Part shown: piece after piece, positions 1-10,047 of the stretch
Numbering within the stretch: the first letter of the stretch is position 1
Layout of the letters: each line of letters opens with the position of its first letter
NCBI GenBank assembly: GCA_947454705.1
Contig: CANGKZ010000029.1
Location: 488-64,487, forward strand
DNA: 64,000 nt
DNA from: Verrucomicrobiota bacterium
Lineage (GTDB): Bacteria > Verrucomicrobiota > Verrucomicrobiia > Limisphaerales > UBA9464
Direction of reading: 5' to 3'
Notes under the pieces: model-generated
The model's database searches: none
Told to the model about the DNA's origin: nothing
Seen by the model: the letters and a program-made list of their open reading frames with translations, nothing else
Made by a program: the position numbers and the translations under genes

Positions 1-695
1 CGCAGTCGGTCCGACACCCCGGCGGCGGCGGAAAACTCCGCAGCCACCTTCAACACCTCGGGACGGTCGAGCACCGTGGCCGTCAGGTTTGGATGCGCCT
101 GCAGCAGGCTGATCGCATACAACCCGGTGCCGCCGCCGACATCCAAAACGTGCGACACGCGTCCGAGCTCCAGCGCCCGGGCCAGGTGCGGTGCGACATT
201 CTTCGCCCGACCCGAAAGCGCGAGCGTGAGGAAACGCGCCGAAGCCTCCTGTTCCATCGCCGACTCCAATCCTTCGCGAAAAATGAACGCCGCACCCGCG
301 CCTTTTTCATCCGCCCCGGCCGGACGATCCGTGCGCAATCGCTCCACCAACGCCAGGACACCCGGAGCCTGCGCGCCAAGACTTCCGTAATCCCCCACGT
401 AAAAAGCTCCTCCGGGAACCAAATGTTCAGCGGCCATCGGGGTCAGCTCCAACGTACCGTCAGAACGCCGCTGCACCGTGCCAAGCGCGCGAAGTGCCGT
501 GAGCAACACGTTCGAAGCCCGGGGCGATAGCCCCAATTCTGAGGCAAGCGACTCGATCAGTTGGGGCCGTTTCCCCAACGCTGCAAACACTCCGAGGTGC
601 GCCACCGCCGCGATCAACAGTTCACTCGCGTAATGGGTACGAAAAGTTTCAAACAGGGGCGTCGGGTCCGTGTTCGGCAGGATCGTGTGGTTCAC
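1..695 (-). CDS. SAM-dependent O-methyltransferase (class I, dimerisation N-terminus); C-terminal end runs off the window
   Basis: Not in the ORF track. Manual reverse translation from GTG at 695 gives MNHTILPNTDPTPLFETFRTHYASELLIAAVAHLGVF, and the same frame near the window start reads VLDVGGGTGLYAISLLQAHPNLTATVLDRPEV (DxGGGxG SAM motif). Confidence 0.85.
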   Translation of the reverse strand, partial: MNHTILPNTDPTPLFETFRTHYASELLIAAVAHLGVFAALGKRPQLIESLASELGLSPRASNVLLTALRALGTVQRRSDGTLELTPMAAEHLVPGGAFYVGDYGSLGAQAPGVLALVERLRTDRPAGADEKGAGAAFIFREGLESAMEQEASARFLTLALSGRAKNVAPHLARALELGRVSHVLDVGGGTGLYAISLLQAHPNLTATVLDRPEVLKVAAEFSAAAGVSDRL

Positions 696-884
696 GCGCC
701 CACAATTCCCGAGGCCGGACGCAACGTCAGCATCGAAACCGGATTCCGCGTTCCCGCAGTTTGCCACCGAACTCTGCGTAACCTTTCCGGCACCAAGCTC
801 CTCTGGCTTGGCGGCTTCGCACGGCACCTGCTGACGAGCCTCTCTGTGTTGGTTCATCGAATAACTGAGTTCATCGGCAAAATC

Positions 885-3800
885 TTGCGATGGAACCGGT
901 GTGTTCAGCCCTTTAAACGCAACGCTCTGACCGCAGCATGGGGCATTTGGGCACTCCGACTGTCGGGGCTTTGCTTACCATTTTTGATCCACTCGCTGGG
1001 TGCGGCCGAGATCACGCTGGATGGGGCGATGAGCGGTCGGGTGTTTGAGGGATTGGGAGCCGTCAGCGCCGGGGCCTCGAGCCGACTGTTGATCGACTAT
1101 CCCGAGAAGCAACGGGCCGAGATCCTCGACTACCTGTTCAAGCCCGGCTTTGGTGCGAGTCTGCAGCATTTGAAGGTGGAGATTGGCGGCGACATCAATT
1201 CCACCGACGGCACCGAGCCCGGACACGAACGCGTGGAAGGAGAGGAGAATTACAACCGTGGATGGGAATGGTGGCTCATCCGTGAAGCCCGTGCGCGCAA
1301 TCCGAATCTCATCCTTGATGCCCTCGCATGGGGAGCCCCGGGATGGATTGGCGGCGGGAATTTCTATTCGCAGGACATGATCGATTACCTGATCCGCTTT
1401 CTCGAGGGAGCCAAGCGGGTTCATGGAATCGAGTTCAACTACCTCGGCATCTGGAACGAGCAACCCTACGACGCCGACTGGATCATCCAACTGCGCCGTG
1501 CCCTCGACGAGGCGGGCTGGACCGGAGTGCGACTTGTTGCGGCGGATCAGTGGGATCACCCCTGGACCCTGGCCGTCGATTTCGCCGAACTCCCCGAGTT
1601 TTCCGCCGCTGTGGATGTAATCGGCGTCCACTACCCCCACGGCTTCGGAAACGACTTCGCCATCGCGCTGGGAAAACCGATTTGGGCCAGCGAGGACGGC
1701 ACCGGTGGCGGCAACGGATTTACCCCCTGGCAGACCGCCAGGGCGCTCGCGAAAACCTACAATCAAAACTACACCCACGCCCGCATCACCAAGACCGAGA
1801 TCTGGAGCCCGGTCACTTCGTACTACGATGACCTTCCGTACAACGACTCAGGATTGATGCGCGCGAATACGCCGTGGTCGGGATTCTACGAGGTGCTGCC
1901 GGCCATCTGGATCACGGCTCACACCACGCAGTTTGCGCAGCCGGGGTGGAGATATCTCGACGGCAGCGCGTCGTCCGATCTCCCCAACGGCGGCAGCATC
2001 GTCACCCTGCAATCGCCCGACGGCGGGGACCTTTCGATCGTGATCGAAACCATCGACGCCCCGGTGGCACAATCTCTGGTGCTGCACGCCGCAAATGGTG
2101 TTCCCTTGAAGCCGCTGGCGCTGTGGCGCACCCGGGACGGCGACGCCTTTTCGTTCCAGGGAATGATCCCCGTGGTGGGCGATGGATGGCAGTTCACCGC
2201 AGAACCCGACTGCGTTTACACCCTCACCACCACCACCGGGCAATCCAGGGGAACCACCACCGTTCCCGCCGCAGCGCCGCTCGGACTCCCCTACTCCGAA
2301 TCCTTCGAATCCCCGTCATTCGCCGGGCTGCCCTTCGCCTTCATGGACCAGGCCGGTGCGTTTGAAGTCGTCCCCGATTCCGAAGGCTACGGAAAGGTGC
2401 TTCAGCAGCAGATTGTCCAGCGCGGCATCGAGTGGCACTATCCGCAGACGCATCCGTTTACAATTGTAGGTGATTCCGCATGGACTGACTACAGCGTCAG
2501 CGTTCGGGTCCGCATTCCCGAGTCGGGCGAGGCCTCGTTGCTCGGACGCGTTGGGGCACCGCTGCCGCGGCCTGCGCCGCCCAACGCGGTGGTGCTCGCG
2601 GTTTTTGCGTCCGGAGACGCTGCGGAGCCGCTGCAGTTCGAATTGCGTCAGTCGGGTTCCGTGATGGCCTCCGGCTCGTTGGATCTGCCCGCAGATTCGC
2701 CGGACTGGCACCAGCTCCGACTCCAGTTCAGCGGGGATCAGATCACCGCATGGATCGATGGATGGATCGTCGCCGACTTCACCAACACCGAGCCCACGCG
2801 CACGACGCACGGACGCGTGGGCGTGGGAAGCGGATGGAACCTGGCGGAATTCGACGACCTCCAAGTTCGCCGCCTGCCGCGCAATGCCCCAAATCTTGCG
2901 TTGAAGGCCGAGGCCATCACCTCGAGCGCCTGGAGCGAAGAGTTCATGCCGATGTTCGTCAACGACGGCGACCCGTCGACCCGCTGGAATTCCGGTCCAT
3001 TGAGCGGCGCTTCGGAATGGATCGAACTCGAATTTTCCACCCCCACGGAATTCAACCGGATCACCCTCACCGAATTCGGGTCGCGGATCCGAGGCTACGT
3101 GGTGGAATCCCGCGACGACGCCCAACGCACCGTCCTCGCCCGCGGCACCTCGCTCCCGGCCGACGGCAACCTCCCGCTGCCCACCACCGTGTCGAGGCAC
3201 GTCCGTCTGACCATCACCGCGATGTCGGATCCGGTTTCGCTGTATGAATTCGGGGTGTACCGGGACCCGACCGATGCGCCATCCGTCCGGATCAGCGAAT
3301 GGATGCTTCACAACACCTCGGCCGTTCGGGATCCGCGCGACGGCGGGTACCATCCCTGGTTCGAGCTTTGGAACACCGGAACCACCCCGGCGGAGTTGGG
3401 AGGCTATTTGATGTCGAACGATTCCTCCCTGTCCACCGCGTCGGAATTCCCCGCCGGCACGGTGCTTCAACCCGGCGAACGGCGGATCGTTTGGTGCGGT
3501 CAGGTCTCGCAGCTTCCGAACTCGCCTGCATCGACAGCCATTCTTTCCGTGCCCTGGATTCCTCAGGAACAGCAAACCCTCGGACTCTACACGGCCGACG
3601 GCATTCCACTCTTTGAAGTGGACCTTGACCCGCAGGGAGAGAATCAAAGCAGCGGCTTTCCCGATGACGGAAGCCCCATGATTCTCGCGCTTTCACGCGC
3701 CACTCCGGGCAGTCCCAACACGCCGCTCGAAGCGCTGCCGGTCGGACGCGAACTCGCCCCGTACCAAGTACGCCTCCCCTTTCGCGGCACGCCGTTCACC

Positions 3801-3947
3801 ACCCACACGGTGTTGGAAGCAGATTCTCCGGGCTCCGATTCCTGGAAACCTGTTCAGACGGTAACCAGCGACGCCGACGGCGTGTTCCAGATTTGGGTCG
3901 ACGCCTTGGAATTCGACAACCGGTTCTTCCGCGCAGAACAGCGCTGA
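885..3947 (+). CDS. Exported GH59 galactosylceramidase/beta-galactosidase-like protein with F5/8 type C (discoidin) domain, lamin-tail domain and C-terminal F[FY]R domain
   Basis: GH59 motifs GASSRLLIDYP, LKVEIGGD.NSTDGTEP, acid/base WNE and nucleophile WASED. NLAL...DGDPSTRW marks the discoidin domain and ISEW...WFELWN the LTD. A hydrophobic signal-like N-terminus precedes AEITLDG. Start is uncertain: the ORF opens at 561 but overlaps the divergent methyltransferase. Confidence 0.85.
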   Translation: MRWNRCVQPFKRNALTAAWGIWALRLSGLCLPFLIHSLGAAEITLDGAMSGRVFEGLGAVSAGASSRLLIDYPEKQRAEILDYLFKPGFGASLQHLKVEIGGDINSTDGTEPGHERVEGEENYNRGWEWWLIREARARNPNLILDALAWGAPGWIGGGNFYSQDMIDYLIRFLEGAKRVHGIEFNYLGIWNEQPYDADWIIQLRRALDEAGWTGVRLVAADQWDHPWTLAVDFAELPEFSAAVDVIGVHYPHGFGNDFAIALGKPIWASEDGTGGGNGFTPWQTARALAKTYNQNYTHARITKTEIWSPVTSYYDDLPYNDSGLMRANTPWSGFYEVLPAIWITAHTTQFAQPGWRYLDGSASSDLPNGGSIVTLQSPDGGDLSIVIETIDAPVAQSLVLHAANGVPLKPLALWRTRDGDAFSFQGMIPVVGDGWQFTAEPDCVYTLTTTTGQSRGTTTVPAAAPLGLPYSESFESPSFAGLPFAFMDQAGAFEVVPDSEGYGKVLQQQIVQRGIEWHYPQTHPFTIVGDSAWTDYSVSVRVRIPESGEASLLGRVGAPLPRPAPPNAVVLAVFASGDAAEPLQFELRQSGSVMASGSLDLPADSPDWHQLRLQFSGDQITAWIDGWIVADFTNTEPTRTTHGRVGVGSGWNLAEFDDLQVRRLPRNAPNLALKAEAITSSAWSEEFMPMFVNDGDPSTRWNSGPLSGASEWIELEFSTPTEFNRITLTEFGSRIRGYVVESRDDAQRTVLARGTSLPADGNLPLPTTVSRHVRLTITAMSDPVSLYEFGVYRDPTDAPSVRISEWMLHNTSAVRDPRDGGYHPWFELWNTGTTPAELGGYLMSNDSSLSTASEFPAGTVLQPGERRIVWCGQVSQLPNSPASTAILSVPWIPQEQQTLGLYTADGIPLFEVDLDPQGENQSSGFPDDGSPMILALSRATPGSPNTPLEALPVGRELAPYQVRLPFRGTPFTTHTVLEADSPGSDSWKPVQTVTSDADGVFQIWVDALEFDNRFFRAEQR

Positions 3948-3954
3948 ATCGAAC

Positions 3955-4398
3955 TCAGGCCGCAGACCCGAGGGACGCCAGCTTGGCGAGTCGCGCCACG
4001 TGGCGGCCGCCTTCGAACGGGGTGTCGAGGAACAGCTTCACCATCGATTCAATCTGCGCGGCATTCACAAGCCGTCCGCCGATTGAAAGCACATTGGCGT
4101 CGTTGTGCGCGCGGGTCAGTCGGACGGACTCCAGATCCCAACCCAACCCGCAGCGAATTCCCCGGAGCTTGTTGGCGGCAATGGCTTCCCCGTTGCCCGA
4201 ACCTCCGAAGACAAATCCGCGTTCGCACTCGCCCTTCGCCACCGCAGCCGCGGCTGGAAGAATGAAATCGGGATAATCCACCGACACTTCCGAGCAACAT
4301 CCAAAATCCACCGGCGTGTGGCCCAACGCGACGAGGAACAACTTCACCTGTTCCTTCGCGGCAAACCCGGCGTGATCCGATCCCAATGCGATCTTCAT
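3955..4398 (-). CDS. rpiB: Ribose-5-phosphate isomerase B
   Basis: MKIALGSDHAG, VDYPD, GSGNGEAIAANK, AHNDANVLSIG, FEGGRH..R. Confidence 0.93.
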   Translation of the reverse strand: MKIALGSDHAGFAAKEQVKLFLVALGHTPVDFGCCSEVSVDYPDFILPAAAAVAKGECERGFVFGGSGNGEAIAANKLRGIRCGLGWDLESVRLTRAHNDANVLSIGGRLVNAAQIESMVKLFLDTPFEGGRHVARLAKLASLGSAA

Positions 4399-4535
4399 CC
4401 GTCCATTCAACGCGCTGCGTGCGCGGAAGCGAGCCGGATTCCGCATCGAGTCCTGTCGAAGGCCTCCGGGAAAAACTCCCTCCGACACAACACGGGTTTT
4501 GCGTTCCTCGGCCGATTCCCTAGCTTCCGCGCGTC

Positions 4536-7100
4536 GTGAATACCGCCAATCGCACCGCAGCATCAGAGCGTCCAGGTTCCCTTCCGCAGATCCCCAACGG
4601 GGTCCGGTTGACCACCTTGCCCAATGGCTTGCAGGTGATCCTCCGCGAGGACCACAGCGCGCCGGTCACCAACGTGCAGGCCTGGTGCCGCGCGGGCAGC
4701 ATCGACGAGGGCGCGTGGCTCGGCGCCGGACTCTCGCACGTCCTCGAACACATGCTCTTCAAGGGCACCAGCACGCGCGGCTCGGGACGCATCGACCAGG
4801 AGGTCCAGGCAGCCGGCGGGTACATGAACGCCTACACCTCGTTCGACCGCACGGTGTATTGGATCAACGTCCCCAACACCGGCACGCAGGTCGCGGTGGA
4901 CATCCTGTGCGACATCTTCCAGAACGCCACGATCCCCGCCGACGAACTCGTGAAGGAGCTCGACGTGATTCGCCGCGAAATGGACATGGGAATCGACGAC
5001 CCGGGCCGCCGTTCCAGCCAGATCCTTTTCGAAACCGCCTACACCCGCAGTCCGTACCGTCAGCCCATCATCGGGCATCCCGACATCTTCAACCGCCTCA
5101 CCCGCGAGGACATCGCCGCCTACTACCGCGAGAAGTACGCGACGAACAACTGCTTCCTCGTGGTGGCCGGCGACTTCGATTCCGAGACGGTCCTCGAACA
5201 GATTCGCACCTCGTTCGCCAACACCGGCGCACGCGCTGTACCACAACCGGTACTACAGACCGAACCGCGGCAGACCGCTCCGCGTGAAGCCGTGGTCGAG
5301 GCCCCGGTGGAACTCGGGCACGTCCACATCGCGTGGCACATTCCCGACATCCGCCACGTGGACACCCCCGCGCTCGACGTTCTCTCCACGCTGCTCGGCG
5401 GCGGACGCAGCTCGCGCCTGTATCAGGCCGTTCGTGAAAAATCCGGACTGGCCCACTCCGTCAATGCCTGGATCTACACCCCGGGCATGGCCGGATTGTT
5501 CGGCGTCAGCGCGGTGTGCGACGGCAACCGGTTCAGCGCCGTTCGCGATGCCGCGATTGCCGAGGTGGACCGCCTCAAGGAAGACCTGGTCTCCAGCGCC
5601 GAACTCTCCAAGGCCGTGAAGCAATTCACCGTCGGCACCCTCGCCTCCCGCAAGACGATGGAAGGCCAGGCGCAGGACCTCGGCAGCAACTGGATGTCGG
5701 CCCACGACCTCAACTTCAGCGAACGCTACCTGGAAGCCGTTCGACGCCTCACTCCGGAGCGGCTCCGCGAAGTGGCGAACCTGTACCTGACGGAATCCAA
5801 CCGGACCGTCACCGCGCTGCTGCCCACCGGCTCCGCGCCGGCCGCGGTCGCAACCCAGGAAGTCCGACAGGAACACCCCGTTCGCCAGTTCAAGCTGAAG
5901 AACGGACTTCGCCTGCTGGTGAAGGAAGACCATCGGCTGCCCTTCGTGGAATTCCGCACTGTGTTCCTCGGTGGATTGCTCCAGGAAAACACCGAGCGAT
6001 CCGGCATCACGTCGATGATGACCAAGATGCTCTCCAAGGGCACCGCCACCCGCACTGCGGAACAGATCGCGAGCGAGATCGAAAGCATTGGCGGCAGCCT
6101 CGAACCCTACGCCGGCAATCACAGCTTCGGGGTTTCCGCCGAAGTGTTGCGCGAGGATTTCGAGACCGGGCTCCAGCTCGTGTCCGACGTGCTGCTGCGT
6201 CCCGCGTTCCCGGCCGATCCCCTGGAGCGCGAACGCGAAATCCAACTCGCCAGCATTCGCGGTCAACGCGACCACCTGCTGCAATGCGCGTTCAAGGCGC
6301 TCCGACGCGGGCTCTTCGGCGAGGCCGGCTACGGACTCGATTCCCTCGGCACCGAGACCAGCGTGCAATCCTTCACCGCCGATTCCCTTCGCGGCTTTCA
6401 TAAAGCCACCGTCCGTCCCGACAACGCGGTGTTCGCGGTGTACGGCGACGTCCATGCCGATGCCGTTCGCGGCGCCATCGAAGCCGAGTTCGGGAACTGG
6501 AAATCTTCCGCAGCCGCAATCCCCGAATCGCCCTCCACCGGCACCCGCCCCGCCGGCCGCAGCAGCGACACCCGTGACAAGGAACAGGCGGTGCTTGCCC
6601 TCGGATTCCCCGGCACCACGTTTGCCTCCGAGGATCGTCATGTGCTCGATCTCATTCAGGAAGCGTGCAGCGACATGGGATCGCGCCTCTTCCTCCGCAT
6701 CCGCGACGAACTCGGCCTCGCCTATTACGTCGGCGCCACCCATTTCCCGGGCCGCACTCCGGGGTACTTCGCCTTCTACTGCGGCACCGCGCCGGACAAG
6801 GTAGACCTCGTGGAAACCGAGCTGCGCGCCCAGGCCGAAGCCCTGCGCTGCGACGGACTCACGATCGAAGAGCTCGATCGCGCCAAGGCAAAGGTCATCG
6901 GCCAGCGCAAGATCGCCCGTCAGGACCTCGGTGGACTCGCCCTGACCCACGCTCTGGATGAACTCTACGGCTTGGGTTTTGACCATTCCGAGGCCGACGA
7001 CGCCCGGTACGCCGCCGTAACCCTGGATCAAATCCGGTCCGTCGCGGACCGCTACTTCAGGACCGAAGTCTCCCAACTGGCCGTCATTCGCGGTCAGTAG
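4536..7100 (+). CDS. M16 family (insulinase/pitrilysin-like) zinc peptidase, fused active and inactive halves
   Basis: Inverted zinc motif HVLEH, NAYTSFDRTVY, and a second M16 repeat without HxxEH. Confidence 0.92.
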   Translation: MNTANRTAASERPGSLPQIPNGVRLTTLPNGLQVILREDHSAPVTNVQAWCRAGSIDEGAWLGAGLSHVLEHMLFKGTSTRGSGRIDQEVQAAGGYMNAYTSFDRTVYWINVPNTGTQVAVDILCDIFQNATIPADELVKELDVIRREMDMGIDDPGRRSSQILFETAYTRSPYRQPIIGHPDIFNRLTREDIAAYYREKYATNNCFLVVAGDFDSETVLEQIRTSFANTGARAVPQPVLQTEPRQTAPREAVVEAPVELGHVHIAWHIPDIRHVDTPALDVLSTLLGGGRSSRLYQAVREKSGLAHSVNAWIYTPGMAGLFGVSAVCDGNRFSAVRDAAIAEVDRLKEDLVSSAELSKAVKQFTVGTLASRKTMEGQAQDLGSNWMSAHDLNFSERYLEAVRRLTPERLREVANLYLTESNRTVTALLPTGSAPAAVATQEVRQEHPVRQFKLKNGLRLLVKEDHRLPFVEFRTVFLGGLLQENTERSGITSMMTKMLSKGTATRTAEQIASEIESIGGSLEPYAGNHSFGVSAEVLREDFETGLQLVSDVLLRPAFPADPLEREREIQLASIRGQRDHLLQCAFKALRRGLFGEAGYGLDSLGTETSVQSFTADSLRGFHKATVRPDNAVFAVYGDVHADAVRGAIEAEFGNWKSSAAAIPESPSTGTRPAGRSSDTRDKEQAVLALGFPGTTFASEDRHVLDLIQEACSDMGSRLFLRIRDELGLAYYVGATHFPGRTPGYFAFYCGTAPDKVDLVETELRAQAEALRCDGLTIEELDRAKAKVIGQRKIARQDLGGLALTHALDELYGLGFDHSEADDARYAAVTLDQIRSVADRYFRTEVSQLAVIRGQ

Positions 7101-7223
7101 GCCTCCGGCAAGCCGCCTCGTTGCCCCGCATCAAAAGCGGTTCACCCCCTCAATCCCTCAAAATACCTGCGGAAACTCGCCTTGCGCCGATGGTGCCGGG
7201 TGTTACGGTCCCATCACTTCGTC

Positions 7224-9230
7224 ATGCCAGAAGATTCCGATCCATCCCGCGGACCTGGTACAGGCCCCAGCATTCAGGCTCGCACCTGGATTGTCTGGAT
7301 TGTCATCGCCGCCCTGTTCCCGCTCCTCTTCTTCTTCAACAAGTCCAACCAGCCGCGCTATCAGACGATCTCGCATCGTAAGCTGATCGAGCTGTCTGCG
7401 TCGAACCTGGTGGAGAGCGCCGAGATCAATTACAGCGCTCAGAGCCAGATGCTCCGCGTCGTGCGCGGCCGCTACTACGCCGAGCCGGGCAAGACCAACT
7501 CCGCGACGATTCCGTTCATCATCGAGACGCGCCTGAACGGCGACATCGAGAATCGCCTGCTGGAATCCGGCGCCTTCCGTGCGGTGGAGAACAACAACGT
7601 CTTCCTGCAGGTGGTCATCGGACTGCTGCCCTTCGTGCTCGTTGCCGCCATCATCTGGTTCGTGTTCGTGCGCCAGATCAAGGCCGCCGGACGCGGCGCC
7701 CTCAGCTTCGGCAAGTCCAAGGCCCGCCTCCTCGCGAAGGACAAGAACAAGACCACCTTCAAGGACGTCGCCGGTGTGGATGAATCCAAGGAAGAAGTCG
7801 CCGAACTCGTCGAATTCCTCAAGGATCCCAAGAAATTTCAGAAACTCGGCGGCCGGATTCCCAAGGGCATCCTGATGGTTGGCCCTCCCGGAACCGGAAA
7901 GACCCTTCTCGCCAAGGCCATTGCCGGCGAAGCCGATGCCTCGTTCTTCAGCATCAGCGGTTCTGATTTCGTGGAAATGTTCGTTGGCGTCGGCGCCAGC
8001 CGCGTTCGCGACATGTTCGAGCAGGCCCGCAAGAACACTCCCTGCCTGATCTTCATCGACGAAATCGACGCCGTCGGTCGCTCCCGCGGTCACGGTCTCG
8101 GCGGCGGCAACGACGAGCGCGAACAGACGCTCAACGCGCTGCTGGTCGAGATGGACGGCTTCGACACCCACGAGGGCATCATCATCATCGCGGCGACCAA
8201 TCGTCCCGATGTGCTGGATCCCGCGTTGCTCCGCCCCGGCCGTTTCGACCGCCAGGTCACCGTCAATCTGCCCGATGTCCGCGGCCGCGAAGCCATCCTC
8301 AAGGTTCACGCCAAGAACGTGAAGCTCGACGGCAATGTCGATCTCTCGGTCATCGCCCGCGGCACCCCGGGCTTCTCCGGAGCCGAACTGGCCAACCTGC
8401 TCAACGAGGCCGCACTCATCGCCGCCCGGCAGAATCGCAAGGCGGTCGGAATGCCGGAACTCGAGGAAGCCCGCGACAAGGTTCGCTGGGGTCGCGAGCG
8501 CCGCACCCTGGCCATGTCGGCCGATGAAAAGCGCGACACCGCGTGGCACGAGGCCGGTCACGCGCTGGTGAACGTGATGCTCAAGCACACGCACCCGCTT
8601 CACAAGGTCACCATCATTCCCCGCGGTCGCGCCCTGGGCCTGACCATGATGCTGCCCAAGAACGACATTCTCAGCCAGCGCCGTCGCCACCTGCTCGATG
8701 ATCTCGCCGTCGCCGTCGCCGGCCGCATCGCCGAACAGCTCGTCGCCGAGGACATTTCCTCCGGCGCCTCGGGCGACATCCAGATGGCCACCGCGACCGC
8801 CAAGGCGATGGTCATGCACTGGGGCATGAGCGAGAAGCTCGGCATGGTGCTGTACGGCGAATCGCAGGAATACGTCTTCCTCGGTCGCGACATGATGCGC
8901 TCCAAGGACTACAGCGAACGCGTGGCCCAGGAAATCGACGCCGAGGTGAAGCGCCTCATCGATGAAGCCTATCAACGCGCCAAGGAGTTGATCGATGCGA
9001 ACCGCGACAAGCTGGAGCTCATCGCCAACGCCCTGCTCGAATACGAGACGCTGGATGGAGCCCAGGTCGATGAAATCGTCCGGACCGGCAAGTTCACTCC
9101 GCCGCCGTCCACAACGATCAACATCGATCCGCCCAGCGGCGCCCAGGCTGCGACCCCTCTGCCCGAGGTGATCAAGCCCGTGCCTCCCAAGCTCCCGGGC
9201 TTCGGATCCCCGGCACCGGCTGCGGCCTGA
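7224..9230 (+). CDS. ftsH: ATP-dependent zinc metalloprotease FtsH
   Basis: Two TM segments, Walker [24 protein letters not shown], Walker B IFIDEID, SRH RPGRFDR, HEAGH. Confidence 0.98.
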   Translation: MPEDSDPSRGPGTGPSIQARTWIVWIVIAALFPLLFFFNKSNQPRYQTISHRKLIELSASNLVESAEINYSAQSQMLRVVRGRYYAEPGKTNSATIPFIIETRLNGDIENRLLESGAFRAVENNNVFLQVVIGLLPFVLVAAIIWFVFVRQIKAAGRGALSFGKSKARLLAKDKNKTTFKDVAGVDESKEEVAELVEFLKDPKKFQKLGGRIPKGILMVGPPGTGKTLLAKAIAGEADASFFSISGSDFVEMFVGVGASRVRDMFEQARKNTPCLIFIDEIDAVGRSRGHGLGGGNDEREQTLNALLVEMDGFDTHEGIIIIAATNRPDVLDPALLRPGRFDRQVTVNLPDVRGREAILKVHAKNVKLDGNVDLSVIARGTPGFSGAELANLLNEAALIAARQNRKAVGMPELEEARDKVRWGRERRTLAMSADEKRDTAWHEAGHALVNVMLKHTHPLHKVTIIPRGRALGLTMMLPKNDILSQRRRHLLDDLAVAVAGRIAEQLVAEDISSGASGDIQMATATAKAMVMHWGMSEKLGMVLYGESQEYVFLGRDMMRSKDYSERVAQEIDAEVKRLIDEAYQRAKELIDANRDKLELIANALLEYETLDGAQVDEIVRTGKFTPPPSTTINIDPPSGAQAATPLPEVIKPVPPKLPGFGSPAPAAA

Positions 9231-9302
9231 GCCGCACCGGTTGCTTCCATCGTGCGCCGCCGTTGACCATCCGCTGACAGTTCTCCACGCTCGCGGCCGC
9301 CG

Positions 9303-9974
9303 ATGGTCATCGCCCCGTCTCTCCTCGCGTCCAATTTTGGGCGTTTCGAACATGAAGCCACCCGAGCCGATCGCTCGGGGGCCGAGTGGCTGCACCTCGA
9401 CATCATGGACGGCCACTTCGTCCCGAACATCAGCTTTGGTCCCGAGGTGGTGCGTGCCGTCCGGCCGCATTTTTCCCGCGTGCTCGACGTCCACCTGATG
9501 TGCAGCAAGCCGGAGATCCTCCTCGAATCCTTCGCCAAGGCCGGAGCCGATTCCATCACCGTCCACATCGAGCTGGGCGATCAGGTCACCCCCCTGCTTT
9601 GGAAGATCCGCTCCCTCGGTCGCAAGGTGGGACTGGCCATCAACCCGCCCACCAACATCGCCGCGGTAAAGCCGTATCTTTCCCAGATTGATCTCCTCCT
9701 GATCATGACCGTGAACCCCGGGTTCGGCGGCCAGCCGTTCATCGAGGAATGCGTTCCCAAGATCCAGCAGGGTGCGGCCTGGAAGCGCGAGCTCGGGCTG
9801 AATTATCGCATCGAAGTGGATGGCGGCGTCACCCTCGCCACGGTTGCGGAATGCGCCCGCGCAGGGGCCGACACCTTCGTCGCCGGCACCGCTCTGTTCC
9901 GCCACCGGAACCTCGGAGGCGCAGTCCGCAAAATGCGGGACACGGCCACCAAGGCCGCTGCGGAATTGATCTGA
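9303..9974 (+). CDS. rpe: Ribulose-phosphate 3-epimerase
   Basis: IAPSLL, HLDIMDGHFVPN, DVHLM, MTVNPGFGGQ, IEVDGG. Confidence 0.97.
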   Translation: MVIAPSLLASNFGRFEHEATRADRSGAEWLHLDIMDGHFVPNISFGPEVVRAVRPHFSRVLDVHLMCSKPEILLESFAKAGADSITVHIELGDQVTPLLWKIRSLGRKVGLAINPPTNIAAVKPYLSQIDLLLIMTVNPGFGGQPFIEECVPKIQQGAAWKRELGLNYRIEVDGGVTLATVAECARAGADTFVAGTALFRHRNLGGAVRKMRDTATKAAAELI

Positions 9975-10047
9975 ACCCGGCGGTGGGAACCGCTGCCCCG
10001 GATCTCCTCCGGCAGCCCCCGCCCTGAATCCGAGCTCCCGTTCGAGC

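Noticed and set aside
561-884. N-terminal extension of the GH59 ORF, and similar extensions on rpiB, gspE, nusB, recR, bioA and rpoB in the ORF track
   Set aside because: They overlap neighbouring genes or the SRP RNA. Family similarity or the signal peptide begins at downstream starts.
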